Shown piece by piece: positions 24,715-37,404 of a stretch of 64,000 nt of DNA. Below the pieces are notes generated by a model, which had not been told where the DNA came from, ran no database searches, and was given only the letters and a program-made list of their open reading frames with translations. The first letter of the stretch is position 1, and every line of letters begins with the position of its first letter. Source of the stretch: Malacoraja senta (lineage: Eukaryota); assembly GCA_038087875.1 (NCBI GenBank), contig CM075981.1, positions 806,001 to 870,000 of the forward strand, written 5' to 3'. A program made the translations under genes and the position numbers.

Positions 24715-25025
24715 TTTAGTTTAATGTAGTTTAAATATACAGTGCAGAAACAGGACCTTCAGCCCAATGAATCTGCGCCAACCGACGATCCCCACACATT
24801 AACACTATCCTACACACACAAGAGACAATTTAAAAATTTTACCAAAGCCAATTAACCTACAAACCTGTGCACAATTGGAGTGTGGGAGGAAACCGGAGCT
24901 CCAGGGGAAAACCCACGCGGGTCACGGAGAGAACGTACAAACTCCGTACAGACAGCACCCGTAGTCAGGATCGAACCCGTGTTTCTGGCGCTGTACGGCA
25001 GCAACTCTACCGCTGCGCCACGGTG
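24715..25025 (-). mobile_element. HE1-type V-SINE
   Basis: Reverse-strand copy with a tttagtttag tail. Confidence 0.8.
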
Positions 25026-25221
25026 CTGCTGATTCTGTGTCTCCCAGCAGCTCAGCCCACAGTTGTGGTCTGTGGTTGGAAATGAAGCAAAGATCATTTC
25101 CCTTTAGTTGGTCAACAGGGGATAGGAGAAGAGTCTGTCATTGTTCCATCACAATGAATGATGCTCAGCTACATGCGTACCTGTAATACAGAACTAAACC
25201 TGGAGAGCAGAACACCAGACC

Positions 25222-25545
25222 ACAAGGATAGCATGGTGACGCAGCGGTAGAGCTGCTGCCTCACAGCACCAGAGACCCGGGTTCGATCCTCACCACGGGT
25301 GCTGTCCATATGGAGTTTGTACATTCCTCCTGTGACCACGTGGGTTTCCTCCGGGTGCTCAGGTTCCTCTCACATTCCAAAGATGTGCGTGTTTGTAGGT
25401 AAATTGGCTTCTGTAAATTGTCCCTAGTGTGTAGGATGCGAAACTGGGATAGCCTGAAACTAGTGGGAGCGGGTGATTGATGGTCAGCGTGGACTTAGTG
25501 GGCTGAATGGCCTGTAGCTACGCTGTATAACTAAACTAAACTAAA
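25222..25545 (+). mobile_element. HE1-type V-SINE
   Basis: A box, B box ggttcgatcc, V domain, ACTAA tail. Confidence 0.8.
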
Positions 25546-26736
25546 GCCACAGCACATCAGTCACGTTAAGTGCAAATAGGCAGTCCATGCATTATATATA
25601 ACTAAAGCCTACATCAACTATGTGTAAAATAAACTCATTATTAAATAGTGAATAATCAGAAAGAAATGCTAGTTGTACATGTTCCCTCATGTTGTTCTGG
25701 GGCAGTATGTAGCAGAATGGCACAGCCATTTTACATCAGGCAGCCCAGAAATGCAAGGAACTATCAAATAACATTGTGTTTCACCTTCCTGTTCCTCCCC
25801 ATTATATCTGAAGCAGCACCTTCCTGTTTATCCCTGAATCTGAGAAAAGGGATATGGCACAGTGGCGCAGCGTTTGAGTTGCTGCCTCACATCGCCAGTG
25901 ACCCGGGTTCAATCCTGACTACAGGTGCTGTCTGTACGGAGTCTGTACGTTCTTCCTGTGACCGTGTGGGTTTCCGCCTGGTGCTCCGGTTTCTTCCCAC
26001 ACTCCAAAGACGTACAGGTTTGTAGGTTAATCGGCTTCTGTGATAGTGTTTGTGTACGGGGTGATCGCTTGGTCGGCATGGACTCGGTGGGCCAAAGGGC
26101 CTGTTTCCGCACTGTATTTCTAAAGTCTAAAGCTTTTTTTTTGCTGGGGAATGACTATGTAGTTAAGTAGGATATTAGTGATGTTGACTAAGATGTCACA
26201 TCTTAGGTTAGATGGGCAGGTTAGGTTAGAAGAGACAGCTATTCGGCCCCTTGAGCCTCTTCTACAGTTCAATTGAATCGTGGCTGATTTGTATCTAGAA
26301 CTATCTTGCGTTGTGAAGATCAGATTCCCCAGCCTAGCAAACTTTTCAATTGTTCTCCCTCCCCTACGACCCTGCGTGCCTCAGCAAGTATTTGGGAGAG
26401 GAAATCCCATATTTCCAATTCATTTTGTGTGAAGAAATGAACCGAGATCCAATTGACTTCACCTTAGCAAAAATAAACACCTGGATGAAATAAATGGGCC
26501 AAGCAACATCTGCAGAGACAAAGTAATGGTCGATGTTTTGGCTCAGAGACATTGTCCATTCCTTTGCGTTCACAGATGTTGCTGGCTTGCTGAGTTCTTC
26601 CAGCAGTTTATAACGTGGGATTATGACGTGTGGATGGACACAAGGTGCAAAATGACACGTGTATCCAAATGTAATAAGTTGTGACTTGGAGGGATGTTGT
26701 TCTGCAAGGAATGGCTCGAACATCAGGGGAAGAATT

Positions 26737-26928
26737 TTACTTTTTGAATGCAATTGTCGAATACTCTATCGGTTCTGAGTTTGGAGGCTCGGTAACCGGC
26801 GGCTTGTTCTCTTCTTGAATCTTGGAAGGGTTGACGTTATCATACATGTCGGAGTCTTCCTGACGGTTGTTGCTCTGCTGGATTGCCACGGTGGCGTAGG
26901 TAACTCCGGCTTCCATCTCTTTGGCCAA
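26737..26928 (-). CDS. Receptor B terminal exon with ITIM-type motifs (VTYATV, MYDNV, IEYSTI)
   Basis: Acceptor ...ccttctcaatgtccgcag, phase 0, 63 codons plus TAA. Lies within supplied ORF 26737..26955. Confidence 0.9.
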   Translation of the reverse strand: MAKEMEAGVTYATVAIQQSNNRQEDSDMYDNVNPSKIQEENKPPVTEPPNSEPIEYSTIAFKK

Positions 26929-27569
26929 CTGCGGACATTGAGAAGGAAAAAACAAAACCGACGTGTTAAAAACAAGGGAACTGCAGACGCTGGCTTAAAA
27001 AAAAAAAAAACACCCAGAGTGCCGGAGTAACTCAGTGGGTCAGGCAGCATTTCTAGAGAACATGGATGGGTGATGTTTCTGGTCGGGACCCTTCTTCGGA
27101 CTCTGGGGAAGGGTCTGAAGAAGTGTCCCGACTCGAAATGTCACATATCCATGTACGAAGTTTGTACATTCCTCCATTTTTCCTCTATTCAACAACTGAA
27201 CCATCCTCTCACCAACGAGAGCGGTCCTGACCTCCCGTCTACCTCATTGAAGACTTTTGATCTATCTTTAATTGGACTTTACTGGACTTGAACTAAATGT
27301 TATAGCCTTTAGTCTGTATCTGTACACTTTGGACGGCTTGATTGTAATCATGTCTCGTCTTGCCGCTGACTGGATAGCACGCAACTAAAAATCTTTTCAC
27401 TGTACCCCACGACACATGACAATAATAAACTAAACTAAAACTAAACTAAACTCAGTCTCAGAGATTCTCCTGCTCCCCTGAATTTAGACAGTGGATTTGT
27501 GCAGCGGGACTAGTTTTGGATTGAACACACTTAGATACTGTAGATAGAGAAGAGATTTAGACGCTAAGG

Positions 27570-27952
27570 TAAGGATGAGAGGGCATCTTATAGAAACATA
27601 TAAAATTCTTAAGGGATTGGACAGGCTAGATGCAGGAACCATGTCCCCAATGTTGGGGGAGTCCAGAACCAGGGGTCACAGTTTAAGAATAACGGGTAGG
27701 CCATTTAGGACTGAGATGAGGAAAAAAATTTTCAGCCAGAGTTGTGAATCTGTAGAATTCTTTGCCACAGAAGGCAGTGGAGGCTAATTCACTGGATGTT
27801 TTCAAGAGAGAGTTAGATTTAGCTCTTTGGGCTAACAGAATCTAGGGATATGGGGAGAAAGCAGGAAGGGGGTACTGATTCTGGATGATCAGCCATGATA
27901 ATATATTGAATGGCGGTGCTGGCTCGAAGGGCTGGCCTACTCCTGCACCTAT
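27570..27952 (+). mobile_element. CR1 LINE 3' fragment
   Basis: MRGHLIETYKILKGLDRLD; CR1 3' UTR. Confidence 0.85.
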
Positions 27953-29319
27953 TTAAATAAAAATACGCATGCAAAAAATGATACCAGATTAAATGAAGAT
28001 GTACTTTTGTCCAACTAACTAACTGCTGGCTCTAGGAATAATATCGTTCCCAGTAAAACAAACAGTGGTGCTGGAGCCAATAACATTTGTACAAGAAAGA
28101 AAGTTGTTGATTAACAAAGATCAAAGATTAACAAAGATATGCAACTTTGTAGGGTTTTTAGGCTCCGTTAAAAAAATTGCTCCTAATGTGCTGGGAGTGA
28201 ATGAGAAAGTGGGATAACATAGAAAGAGTATGAATGGGTGCTTGGTGGTTGGCATGGGTGGGCCAAAGGGCCTGTTTTCATGCTGAATCTCTAAACTAAA
28301 TTCAAGTCAAGTCAAGAGAGTTTATTGTCATGTGTCCCAGATAGGCCAATGAAATTCTTGCTTGCTGCAGCACAACATATTGTAGGCATAAATACAGCTC
28401 AGATCAGTGTGTCCATTTACCATAGAATATATATATACACACATAAATAAACAGATAAAGTGCAATAGGCTGTTATAGTTCAGAGTTTGTTTGAAGTTGT
28501 GTTTAATAGTCTGATAGCTGTGGGGAAGTAGCTGTTCCTGAACCTGGATGTTGCAGATTTCAGGCTCCTGCACCTTCTACCTTATGGCAGCGGAGAGATG
28601 AGTGTGTGGCCAGGATGGTGTGGGTCCTTGATGATGCTGGCAGCCTTTTTGATGCAGCAACTGCGATTGATCCCCTCGATGGTAGGGAGGTCAGAGCCGA
28701 TGATGGATTGGGCAGTGTAACCAAGTTTGATATTGAGTTAGTTTAATTTAGTTTGGATATACAACATGGAAACAAGTCCTTCTGCCCGCCAAGTCCCCGC
28801 TGGCCAACAAGTGTCCTATCTCACACACGAGGGACAATTTTACAGAAGCCAATTGACATACAAATCCATATGTATTTGGGACGTATGGGTTTGTAAGTTA
28901 ATTGGCTTCTCTACATGATTACAATCAAGTCGTCCACAGTGTACAGATACATAATAAAGGGTATTACGTATAGTGCAAGATAAAGTCCAGTAAAGTCCAA
29001 TTGAAGATAGATCAAAGTTCTCCAATGAGGTGGATGGGAGGACAGGACCACTCTTGTGGGTGAGAGGATGGTTCAATTGCCAAGTAGAGAACACTGAAGG
29101 CAGGGGAGAATGGGATAAATCTTAATCCAAGGATCCTTTCACGCTACCAAATTGACAGAAGAATCCCATGAAAGGACATAAAGGGCTGGAGTAACTCAGC
29201 GGGTCAGGCAGCATCACTGGAGAACATGGATAGATGACGTTACAGATTTAGAGCCGTCTTCAGACTTTGTAGCTAACATATCTGAAGAAGGGTCTTGATC
29301 TGAAACGTCACCTATAAAT

Positions 29320-29632
29320 GGGGCGGCACGGTGGTGCTGCAGTAGAGTTGCTGCTTGCAGCACCAGAGACCTGAGTTCGATCCTGACCACGGGTGCTCTC
29401 TGTCTAGAGTTTGTACATTCTCCCCATGACTGCCTGGGTTTTCCCTGGGTGCTCTGGTTTCCTCCCACACTCCAAAGACGTGCAGGTTTGCAGGTTAATT
29501 AGCTTTGGTAAAGATTGTAAATTGTCCCTAGTGTGTAGGATAGTGCTAGTGAATGGGGATTGGTGGTCGGCGTGGACTCGGTGGGTCAAAGGGCCTGTTT
29601 CCACACTGTATCTCTAAACTAAACTAAACTAA
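29320..29632 (+). mobile_element. HE1-type V-SINE, full length
   Basis: ggggcggcacggtgg head through to a ctaaactaaactaaac tail. Confidence 0.85.
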
Positions 29633-29714
29633 ACAAAACACTTTGTGTCTTTTTGTGTATTATCCAGCATGCACAGATTTTAGTTTCTACATAGAAAAAC
29701 TCTGGGTTTACTTA

Positions 29715-29850
29715 GTAAAAGAGCAGGAGAGCTGCAATTGACGTCCTTGCCAATAGTTTGTCCTTAAACCACACTGCTCAGAGAAAAGTGAAAAGAGATT
29801 ATCTGGTTGTTATCATGTTTTCATGGGAGGAGTTGTTGAACTGGAGAGGC
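29715..29850 (+). mobile_element. Deu-like SINE core fragment
   Basis: gagcaggagag...gtccttgccaatagttt...agattatctggttgttatca resembles the Deu core as recalled. Confidence 0.4.
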
Positions 29851-31127
29851 TTGGCTGAACGTACAATCAGGACATTGAACTGATAAAGTTGAACAGGACT
29901 GGGATTCATTTAAGGGCAACGTCTTTGATTTATAGGAAAGCTCCAGCAGCCAGAGTAAAGCAGATGTTTGTGCATTGACTAAATAGGATATCCCCGAGAG
30001 TTAGCATAGACTTGATGGTCCGAAGTGGTGTTCATCTATCTTGTAACAAAATATGAAATTATGGATCAGAAGAGTGAGTGGCGCAGCGGTAGAGCACAAG
30101 GGATTTGCACGTTCTCCCTGTCACCGCGTGGGTTTCCTCCAGGTTCTCCGGTTTCCTCCCACATCCCAACGACATGCGGGTTTGTAGGCTAATTTTTCTT
30201 CTTCTTAAGCCCTTTGCTCCTCTAGAGAGCACGGGCCATTGACAAATGTCCTCCACCTCACTCGGTTGTTGGCAGTCCTTTCGAGATCTCCCCATGTAGG
30301 CTAATTGGCCTCTGCAAATTTCCCCTAGTGCGTAGGGAGTGGATCACAAGTGGTCTTATATAGAACTTGATTGTAACCTTGTATGTGTAGGAAGGAACAG
30401 CTGATGTTGGTCTATACCAAAGATAGACACAAAGTGCTGGAGTAACAAAGCGGGTCAGGCAGCATCTCTGGAGAAAAGAAATAGGTGAAGTTTCATGTTG
30501 GAACCCTTCTTCAGACTGTAGATGTCATCATGTATAGTCTTTTCGCTGACTGGATAACAAAAAAGCGTTTCACTGTACCTCGGTACATGTGACAATAAAA
30601 AACTAAACTAAGCTAGCGTGAACAGATGATAGATGGCTGGCATGGACTCGGTGGGCCGAAGGGCCTGTTTCCATGCTGCATCTTTCAATCATGAGTGTGA
30701 GTGGCAGGAATGGAGCATTTAATAGTTATAGTATATCAACACATTTAGTCAATTCAAAGAAATTCAGTCAAAAAAAGTAAAGATATTATATTGGAATGCA
30801 TGAACCAGTTGCTATAAAATACCAACTTGTGAACTGTTGTGGTCACCCAGCTATAGGAAGGACCTCATTATTCTGGAAAGGATACAGAGAAATCTCACAA
30901 GGATGTTACCTGGAGTTACAAGGAGATGATGAATAGGCTGAGGCTGCTTTCTCTGGAGAAGAGGAGGTTGAGGCATGTATAAAATGATCAAGGCGTAGAT
31001 TCACAATCTTTATCCCAGGGTAGGGGAGTTTAAAATTAGAGGTTAAAAATTTGAGGTAAGCAGGGACAGATTTACAAGGGGCTGTTTAAATCTATCCTCC
31101 CCAGGGTTGATCTATGGCATGTTTAAG

Positions 31128-31224
31128 AAAGGTAGACAAAAATGCTGGAGAAACTCAGCGGGTGAGGCAGCATCATCGGAGGATGCTGCCTCACCCGCTG
31201 AATTTCTCCAGCATTTTTGTCTAC
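31128..31224. mobile_element. 97-bp foldback element (43-bp arms) from Penelope-type termini
   Basis: Arms differ at one position, 7-nt loop; 16-bp TSD ctatggcatgtttaag. Confidence 0.8.
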
Positions 31225-31264
31225 CTATGGCATGTTTAAGGTGAGATGCCGCTCACATTTTAAA

Positions 31265-31486
31265 TGTGTCCGAAGGAACTGCAGATGCTGGTTGAAACCA
31301 AAGATCGACACAAAATGTCAGAGTAATTCAGCGGGACAAGCAGCATCTCTGGAGAGAAGGAATGGGTGATGTTTCGGGTGGAGACGGGTCTGAAGAAGTG
31401 TCTCGACCAGAAACGTCAGCCATTCCTACTCTCCAGAGATGCTGCCTGTCCCGCTGAGATAATGCAGCATTTTGTGTCTATCTTTG
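31265..31486. mobile_element. Foldback Penelope-derived element
   Basis: Inverted termini around CTGAAGA..GAAACGTC; 14-bp TSD gctcacattttaaa. Confidence 0.72.
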
Positions 31487-31678
31487 GCTCACATTTTAAA
31501 GTTTGGTTACTCCACTCTGAGAAGGTTTAGACCTTTGATTGCAGTAGTAAATAAAATTTGTTGACCGAGATATCTTAGTTGCAAATAAAGAAGATGTGTA
31601 TCACATTTGCAACGCGCCCCTTAAATAATTTTGCAGGTACTGAAACCTCCAATGTTGCCAAAAGTTTGTAGGCCTTAC

Positions 31679-31734
31679 CATAGAGTTTGACTTCGGGACA
31701 GAGTTCTCTATTGTTGAGTCTCCTTCCTTCTTAT
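31679..31734 (-). CDS. Receptor B cytoplasmic exon (DKKEGDSTIENSVPKSNSM)
   Basis: Acceptor tgtgttttttttcag, donor ATG|GTAAGG, 56 bp, phase 1-0. Confidence 0.85.
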
Positions 31735-32036
31735 CTGAAAAAAACACAAAGATATTAAGTCACGCCAACCGGAAAGTTTTTTTTAAAATTTTTGTCAAAT
31801 GTAATTTCTAAAATGCACTGTTTTTTTTAAACATACATACCCTAATGTTAAAAGAAAAACCTAAATAGATGCTGTGTCAATAAAGAGTCGGAGAGAGTCA
31901 TAGAATGACACAGTGTGGAAACAGGCCCTTCGGCCTGAATTCCCCACAACAGCCAACAATGTCCCAGCTACACTAGTCCCACCTGCCTACACTTGGTCCA
32001 TATCCCTGAAAACATGTCCTACCTATGTAAAGATTT

Positions 32037-32830
32037 AGACTTTGGAGATACAGCGTGGAAACAGGCCCTTCGACCCACCGAGTCCGCGCTGACTAGTGAT
32101 CATCCCGTACACTAGCACCATCGAGCGCATTCGGGGAAATTTACAATTTACCAAAGCCAATTAACTTACAAACCTGTACGTTTTGGGGGATGTTGGAGGA
32201 AACCGGAGCACCCAGAGAAAACCCTCGCAGATACAGGGAGAATGTACAAACTCCTTACAGACAGCACCCGTATTCAGGATTGAACCTTGGTCTCTTGCGA
32301 TGCGAGGCAGCAACTCTACCACTACCACCGTGTCACACTGAGATTTCCTGGTCCTTTTTAGAATCTTGGTCCACTCACCTGTCCCTTCACCTTCAATTTC
32401 CTGCATTCCTTTAAATTCCACTTTACAGCCATCCACACGTTCACTCGAACCTGTGAACAATTAAATGCAAAGGCCGAGCTTTAAAGATTGAGTCGGATCA
32501 ACAATTATCATCCAGTTGTGATGCAGATTAGTTTTTCAGTTTTAGCTTTAGAGATACAGCGCGGAAACACGCCCTTTGGCCCACCGTGTCCACGCCGACT
32601 AGCGATCCCAGTACACTAACACTATCCTACACATTAGGGACAATTTACAATTATACCAAGACAATTAACCTACAAATTTATACGTCTTTGGAGTGTGGGA
32701 GGAAACCAGAGCGCCCGGAGAAAACGCATGCAGGTCACAGGGATAATGTACAAACTACGGCACCCGCAGTCAGGATCGAACCCGGGTCTTTGGTGCTGTA
32801 AGGCAGCAACTCTAACGCTGCGCCACCATG
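32037..32830 (-). mobile_element. Two HE1-type V-SINEs (about 32037-32335 and 32540-32830)
   Basis: Reverse-strand copies with V domain and A/B boxes. Confidence 0.78.
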
Positions 32831-33814
32831 CTGTCAGATTAGGTGAAAGTTGTTTTGGATCATTTGGGTTAATTGGGCAGGATGAGGTCTGTTACTCAAC
32901 AATGACTTCCCTTGTCGTTTGCTGTGCTTAGCCACACTCTCCTATTTACTTAACAGATGCAACATAGAAAGCATACTAGGTACACAAAAATGCTGGAGAA
33001 ACTCAGCGGGTGCAGCAGCATCTATGGAGCGAAGGAAACAGGTAACGTTTCGGGCCAAAACCCTTCTTCAGACGGGTTCTTCTATAGAAAGCATACTGTC
33101 AGGTTGCGTCACAGCTTAGTTTGGGAACAGCCTTGCCTAAGACGGCAGAAAATCGCAGAGAGTTGTAGATGTAGCCCAGACTCCCCACCATTGACTCCAT
33201 CTACTCTTCACGCTGCCTCGGAAAAGCAACCAACATAATCAAAGTCTTGCCCCACCCTGGTCATTCCTTCTTTTCCCTGCTCCCGTCAGGCAAATGATAT
33301 AGAAGCTTGAAGGCACGCATCACCAGACTCAGCAACAGCTTCTTTTCCTCTTTTATTAAACTTTTGAATGGTAGCTTCCGTAAGCTAAGGTACTGTCCGA
33401 TGTGCCTCTACCCCATTGCAGACATTGGACTTTGTCTCTGAAACTGATGCTCTACAATGCTGAGAATTATATTCTGCACTCTGTATCTTCCCCTTTGCTC
33501 CACCTATGGTACTTGTGTTTAACTTGATTGTATTTATGTATAGTATTATGGATAGCAGGCAAAACAAAGCTTTTCACTGTACCTCAGTACGTGACAATAA
33601 TAATCCTAAACATAAACCAAAGACCGGATTTTATACAGAAATAATTTAATCTAAAGAATTGAACTGTGTCTTTGGGTTATAATGGATGTTTTGGTATGTT
33701 GTAATAATATGCAGTAATTTCTGCCTAATCTATATCTCTTGCTGCTCAAACTAAACAAAGGCACAAAACACTAACTCCCAACAGAACAGCGATATATAAT
33801 TTAACAAGCCATTG

Positions 33815-34130
33815 GGGAGACCAGAACCAGGGGTCACAGTTTACGAATAAGGGGTAGGCCATTTAGGATTGAGATGAGGAAATTGTTTTTTACCCAGAGA
33901 GTTGTGAATCTGTGGAATTCTCTGCCACAGAAGAAAGTGGAGGCCAATTCACTGCATATTTTCAAGAGAGAGTTAGATTTAGCTCTTAGGGCTAAAGGAA
34001 TCAAGGGATATGGGGAAAAAGCAGGAACGGGGGTACTGATTTTGGATGATCAGCTATGATCATATTGAATGGTGGTGCTGGCTCGATGGGCCGAATGGCC
34101 TACTCCTGCACCTATTTTTCTATGTTTCTA
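33815..34130 (+). mobile_element. CR1 LINE 3' fragment
   Basis: FFTQRVVNLWNSLPQ; CR1 3' UTR. Confidence 0.85.
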
Positions 34131-35254
34131 TTAAACAAGATTACTTAGCAGGTAGTTAAACACGAGGTGGACACAAAAAGCTGGAGTAACTCAGCGGGTC
34201 AGGCAGCATCTCCGGACAAAAGGAATAGGTGGTGTTTCGGGTCAAGACCCTTCTTCAGGCTGAGGGTCGTGGGAAAAGGAAACGAGAGATATAGACGGTG
34301 TAATAGAGAGATAGAGAACAAATGAATGAAAGATATGCGTGGTCGTAGAGTTGGTGAGCAGGTGGACTCACAGAGGGGGAGCAGCGAGGTAGGATGTCGC
34401 AGAACTCTCGTCGGAGAGAGGAGGAGAACTTCTTCAAAGTAGGCATACCTTGAGGAGATTTGACAGTGAAGCAGATGAAATGTGTAGGAAGGAACTGCAG
34501 ATGCTGGTTTAAACCAAAGATAGACACAAAAAGCCAGAGTAACTCAGCGGTTCAGACGGCATCTCTGGAGTAACGGAATAGGCAATGTTTCGGGTCGAGA
34601 CCCTTCTTCAGACTGAGAGTCGGGGGAAAGAGAAATGAGAGATATATAGACCAAATGAACAAAAGATATACGTGGTCGTAGAGTCGGAGAGCAGGAGGAA
34701 TCACAGAGGGGCTGCAGCAAGAGAGGATGCTGCTGAGCTCTCAGGGCCTGTTTTATTAACAAAAGAATCATTTCATATGAGCCAGCTCACTCATCTCGTG
34801 TGTTGACAATTGTTCGGGAAAGTATAGCTGTTTTGTTTCTTTCCACAGTACCAGACTGGGGGTGGACTTGACTCTGAGAAACTGCTGACAAATGGTCCTT
34901 TTAATTAGCACATAAAAATCACCTTTGTGCAGCTCACGTGACTCTCTAAGGTTTTAAGACCGTCAGCAAGGAACAATGCATGCAGCTTTGTACCACACAC
35001 AAATTGTCTCAACGTTAGTGGCAATCATGTCACCATTATATTGTACTGAATAGACAGACAGCGTAACAGAACTCCTATTCTTCCAAAGAGATACAGGAGG
35101 TTCCAGCAATTCTGGCAGACCTCTTTAAAGAGATCTATGCCAGAATGAAATAAAAAAATATGAGGTTATTGAAATGAAATTATGAGGAGATTTCTGTCTG
35201 ACAACATGCATACAGTTCTCAAATGCAGATGCGTTTAGATCATTGCAAACCAAG

Positions 35255-35520
35255 ATTCAACCATTGAAACAATGCTTTAAATTCTGCTTGGGTAGCTTAC
35301 AACGTAACGACATGGACATTGAATTCTTTAATTTTAGGTAACATCCCACCCCATTCTCTTTCTTCCCCCCCTCCTCCCTTTCCTGACCCTGGTACAGACT
35401 CATTCTTCCACTGTCCCAACCAGTCTTTCCTCCTGTCCCTTCCGTCCCCTTCCACTTCCGTCCTCCCCCCCCCCCCACCCCCTCCCCCCTCCCTCCTTCT
35501 GGCTTAACATTTCACTTCTC
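35255..35520 (+). mobile_element. Penelope-like element 3' fragment with polypyrimidine tract
   Basis: ctgcttgggtagcttacaac..acattgaattct..ttaggtaac resembles chondrichthyan PLE ends as recalled; an opposite-strand relative lies at about 36190-36480. Confidence 0.5.
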
Positions 35521-36909
35521 TTTATAAAACGCACATCTCCAGATTCAGGGGCAGTTTCTTCCCAGCTGTTATCAGGCAACTGAATCATCCTACCACCAAC
35601 TAGAAAGCGGTCCTGACCTCCCATCCACCTCATTGGAGCCCCTTGGATTATCTTCAATTGGACTTTACAGCAATTTATCCTGCACTAAATGTTATTCCGT
35701 TTATCACGTATCTGTAGACGGTTGGTTGTAATCATGTTTAGTCTTTCTGCTGACTGGATAGCACGCAACAAAAAAGATTTTCACTGTACCTCAGTACACG
35801 TGACAATAATAAACTAAACTAATCGTGTGTCTATCCTCTTCCACATAAACACTCTATTATCTTTTTTGCCTTTGTTCCCTTTTATCATCATTTTGTCTCT
35901 GTTTTCACTCCAACCTTTGTCCACCCATCTGCCAATCAGAAATCCCCCACAACTGTGTCCAACACACTTGGAGGTATAAGGAGCTGCAGATGGAGATTTA
36001 GATTTTCCAACTCTCATTTGCCAGGCTTTGTCCAGCAAAAAAACTCTTTTCCAGCTTTCTCTCCTCCAATGCAATGTGTCTGAAGAAGGGTCCTGCCCTG
36101 AAAGGTCACCTATCTATGTCCTCCAGAGAAAGGCACAAAAAGCTAGAGTAACTCCCAGCGGGACTGGCAGCATCTCTGGAGAAAAGGAATGGGTGATGTT
36201 TTGGGTCGAGACCCTTCTTCAGACTAGTCAGGGGAAAGGGAAACGAGAGATATACACGATGGTGTAGAGAGATAAAGAACAATGAATGAAAGATATGCAA
36301 AAAAGTAACCATGATAAAGAAAACAGCCCATAGTTAGCTGTTTGTTGGGTGAATACAAGAAGCTGGAGCGACTTGGGTGGGGGAGGGATGGAGAGAGAGG
36401 GAATGCCGAGTTTTCTTGAAGTTAGAGAAACCAATATTCATACCATTGGGCTGTAAGCTGCCCCAACAAAAGATTAGATGTTGTTACTCCAACTTTTTGT
36501 GTCTATCTACAGTTTAAACCAGCATCTGCAGTTCCTTCCTGCACATTATTTCTTCCAGAGATGCTGCCTGACCCACTGAGTTACTCCTGCACTTCATGTA
36601 TAGTTTAGTTTTTTTAGTTTAGAGATTAATTTAGAGATACAGTGCAGAACTTTGGCCCACCGAGTCCTCGCCGACCAGCGATCCCCGCACACTTACACAA
36701 TCCTACTAGGGACAATTTACAATTATACCGAGCCAATTAACCTACTGGTCTTTGGAGACCTGCTGGTCTTTGGAGTGTGGGAGGAAACCGGAGATCCAGG
36801 AGCAAACCCACGGGGAGAATGTGCAAGACAAGAACCCGTAGTCTGGATTGAACCCAGGTCACTGGCGCTGTGAGGCAGCAGCTCTACCGCTGCGCCACCA
36901 GACCGCTCT

Positions 36910-36914
36910 AAAAA
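36910..36914 (-). terminator. Pol III terminator (T5) of tRNA-Lys
   Basis: TTTTT 4 nt downstream of the tRNA 3' end. Confidence 0.8.
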
Positions 36915-36918
36915 TGAA

Positions 36919-36991
36919 CGCCCGAACAGGGACTTGAACCCTGGACCCTCAGATTAAAAGTCTGATGCTCTACCGACTGAGCTATCCGGGC
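36919..36991 (-). tRNA. tRNA-Lys-TTT: tRNA-Lys (anticodon UUU), intronless
   Basis: Reverse complement GCCCGGATAGCTCAGTCGGTAGAGCATCAGACTTTTAATCTGAGGGTCCAGGGTTCAAGTCCCTGTTCGGGCG: 73 nt, full cloverleaf, matches the vertebrate tRNA-Lys3 gene as I recall it. Confidence 0.97.
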
Positions 36992-37102
36992 CCTCTTGCT
37001 TTATCCATGTTCCCAACATCTGCAGTTCCTTGTGTCCATTTAAACTAGGTTAGTGTCTGCCGTTGAAACAAGGTTTAACCTTGCTTTAGTTTCTGAACTT
37101 AC

Positions 37103-37203
37103 CATTATTTTTGTTCTTTCTAATTTTTCTGATAACCAGGAACAGGAGTCCGAAAAACATAATCGTTAGTATTCCGAAGACTAGTCCGATTATTAAGGAA
37201 AAC
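37103..37203 (-). CDS. Receptor B transmembrane exon (FSLIIGLVFGILTIMFFGLLFLVIRKIRKNKNN)
   Basis: Pyrimidine tract plus aag acceptor, G|GTAAGT donor, 101 bp, phase 2-1. 24 uncharged residues then a basic cluster. Confidence 0.9.
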
Positions 37204-37404
37204 CTTGGCGGTTATGAAAAAGAGAAAATCATTAAAATAATTACAGACATATCAGCTCACATATCAGACAAACATGAAAGATAACAATGAACAATTATGC
37301 AAGATCTTATTATTTCTGATTTAATGTAGGGTATCACTTTCTAACCTCTCAGTACAGTCAAAGTTGCAGGCAACACCTTTGCATTTATTTAATTCTAGTA
37401 GTTT

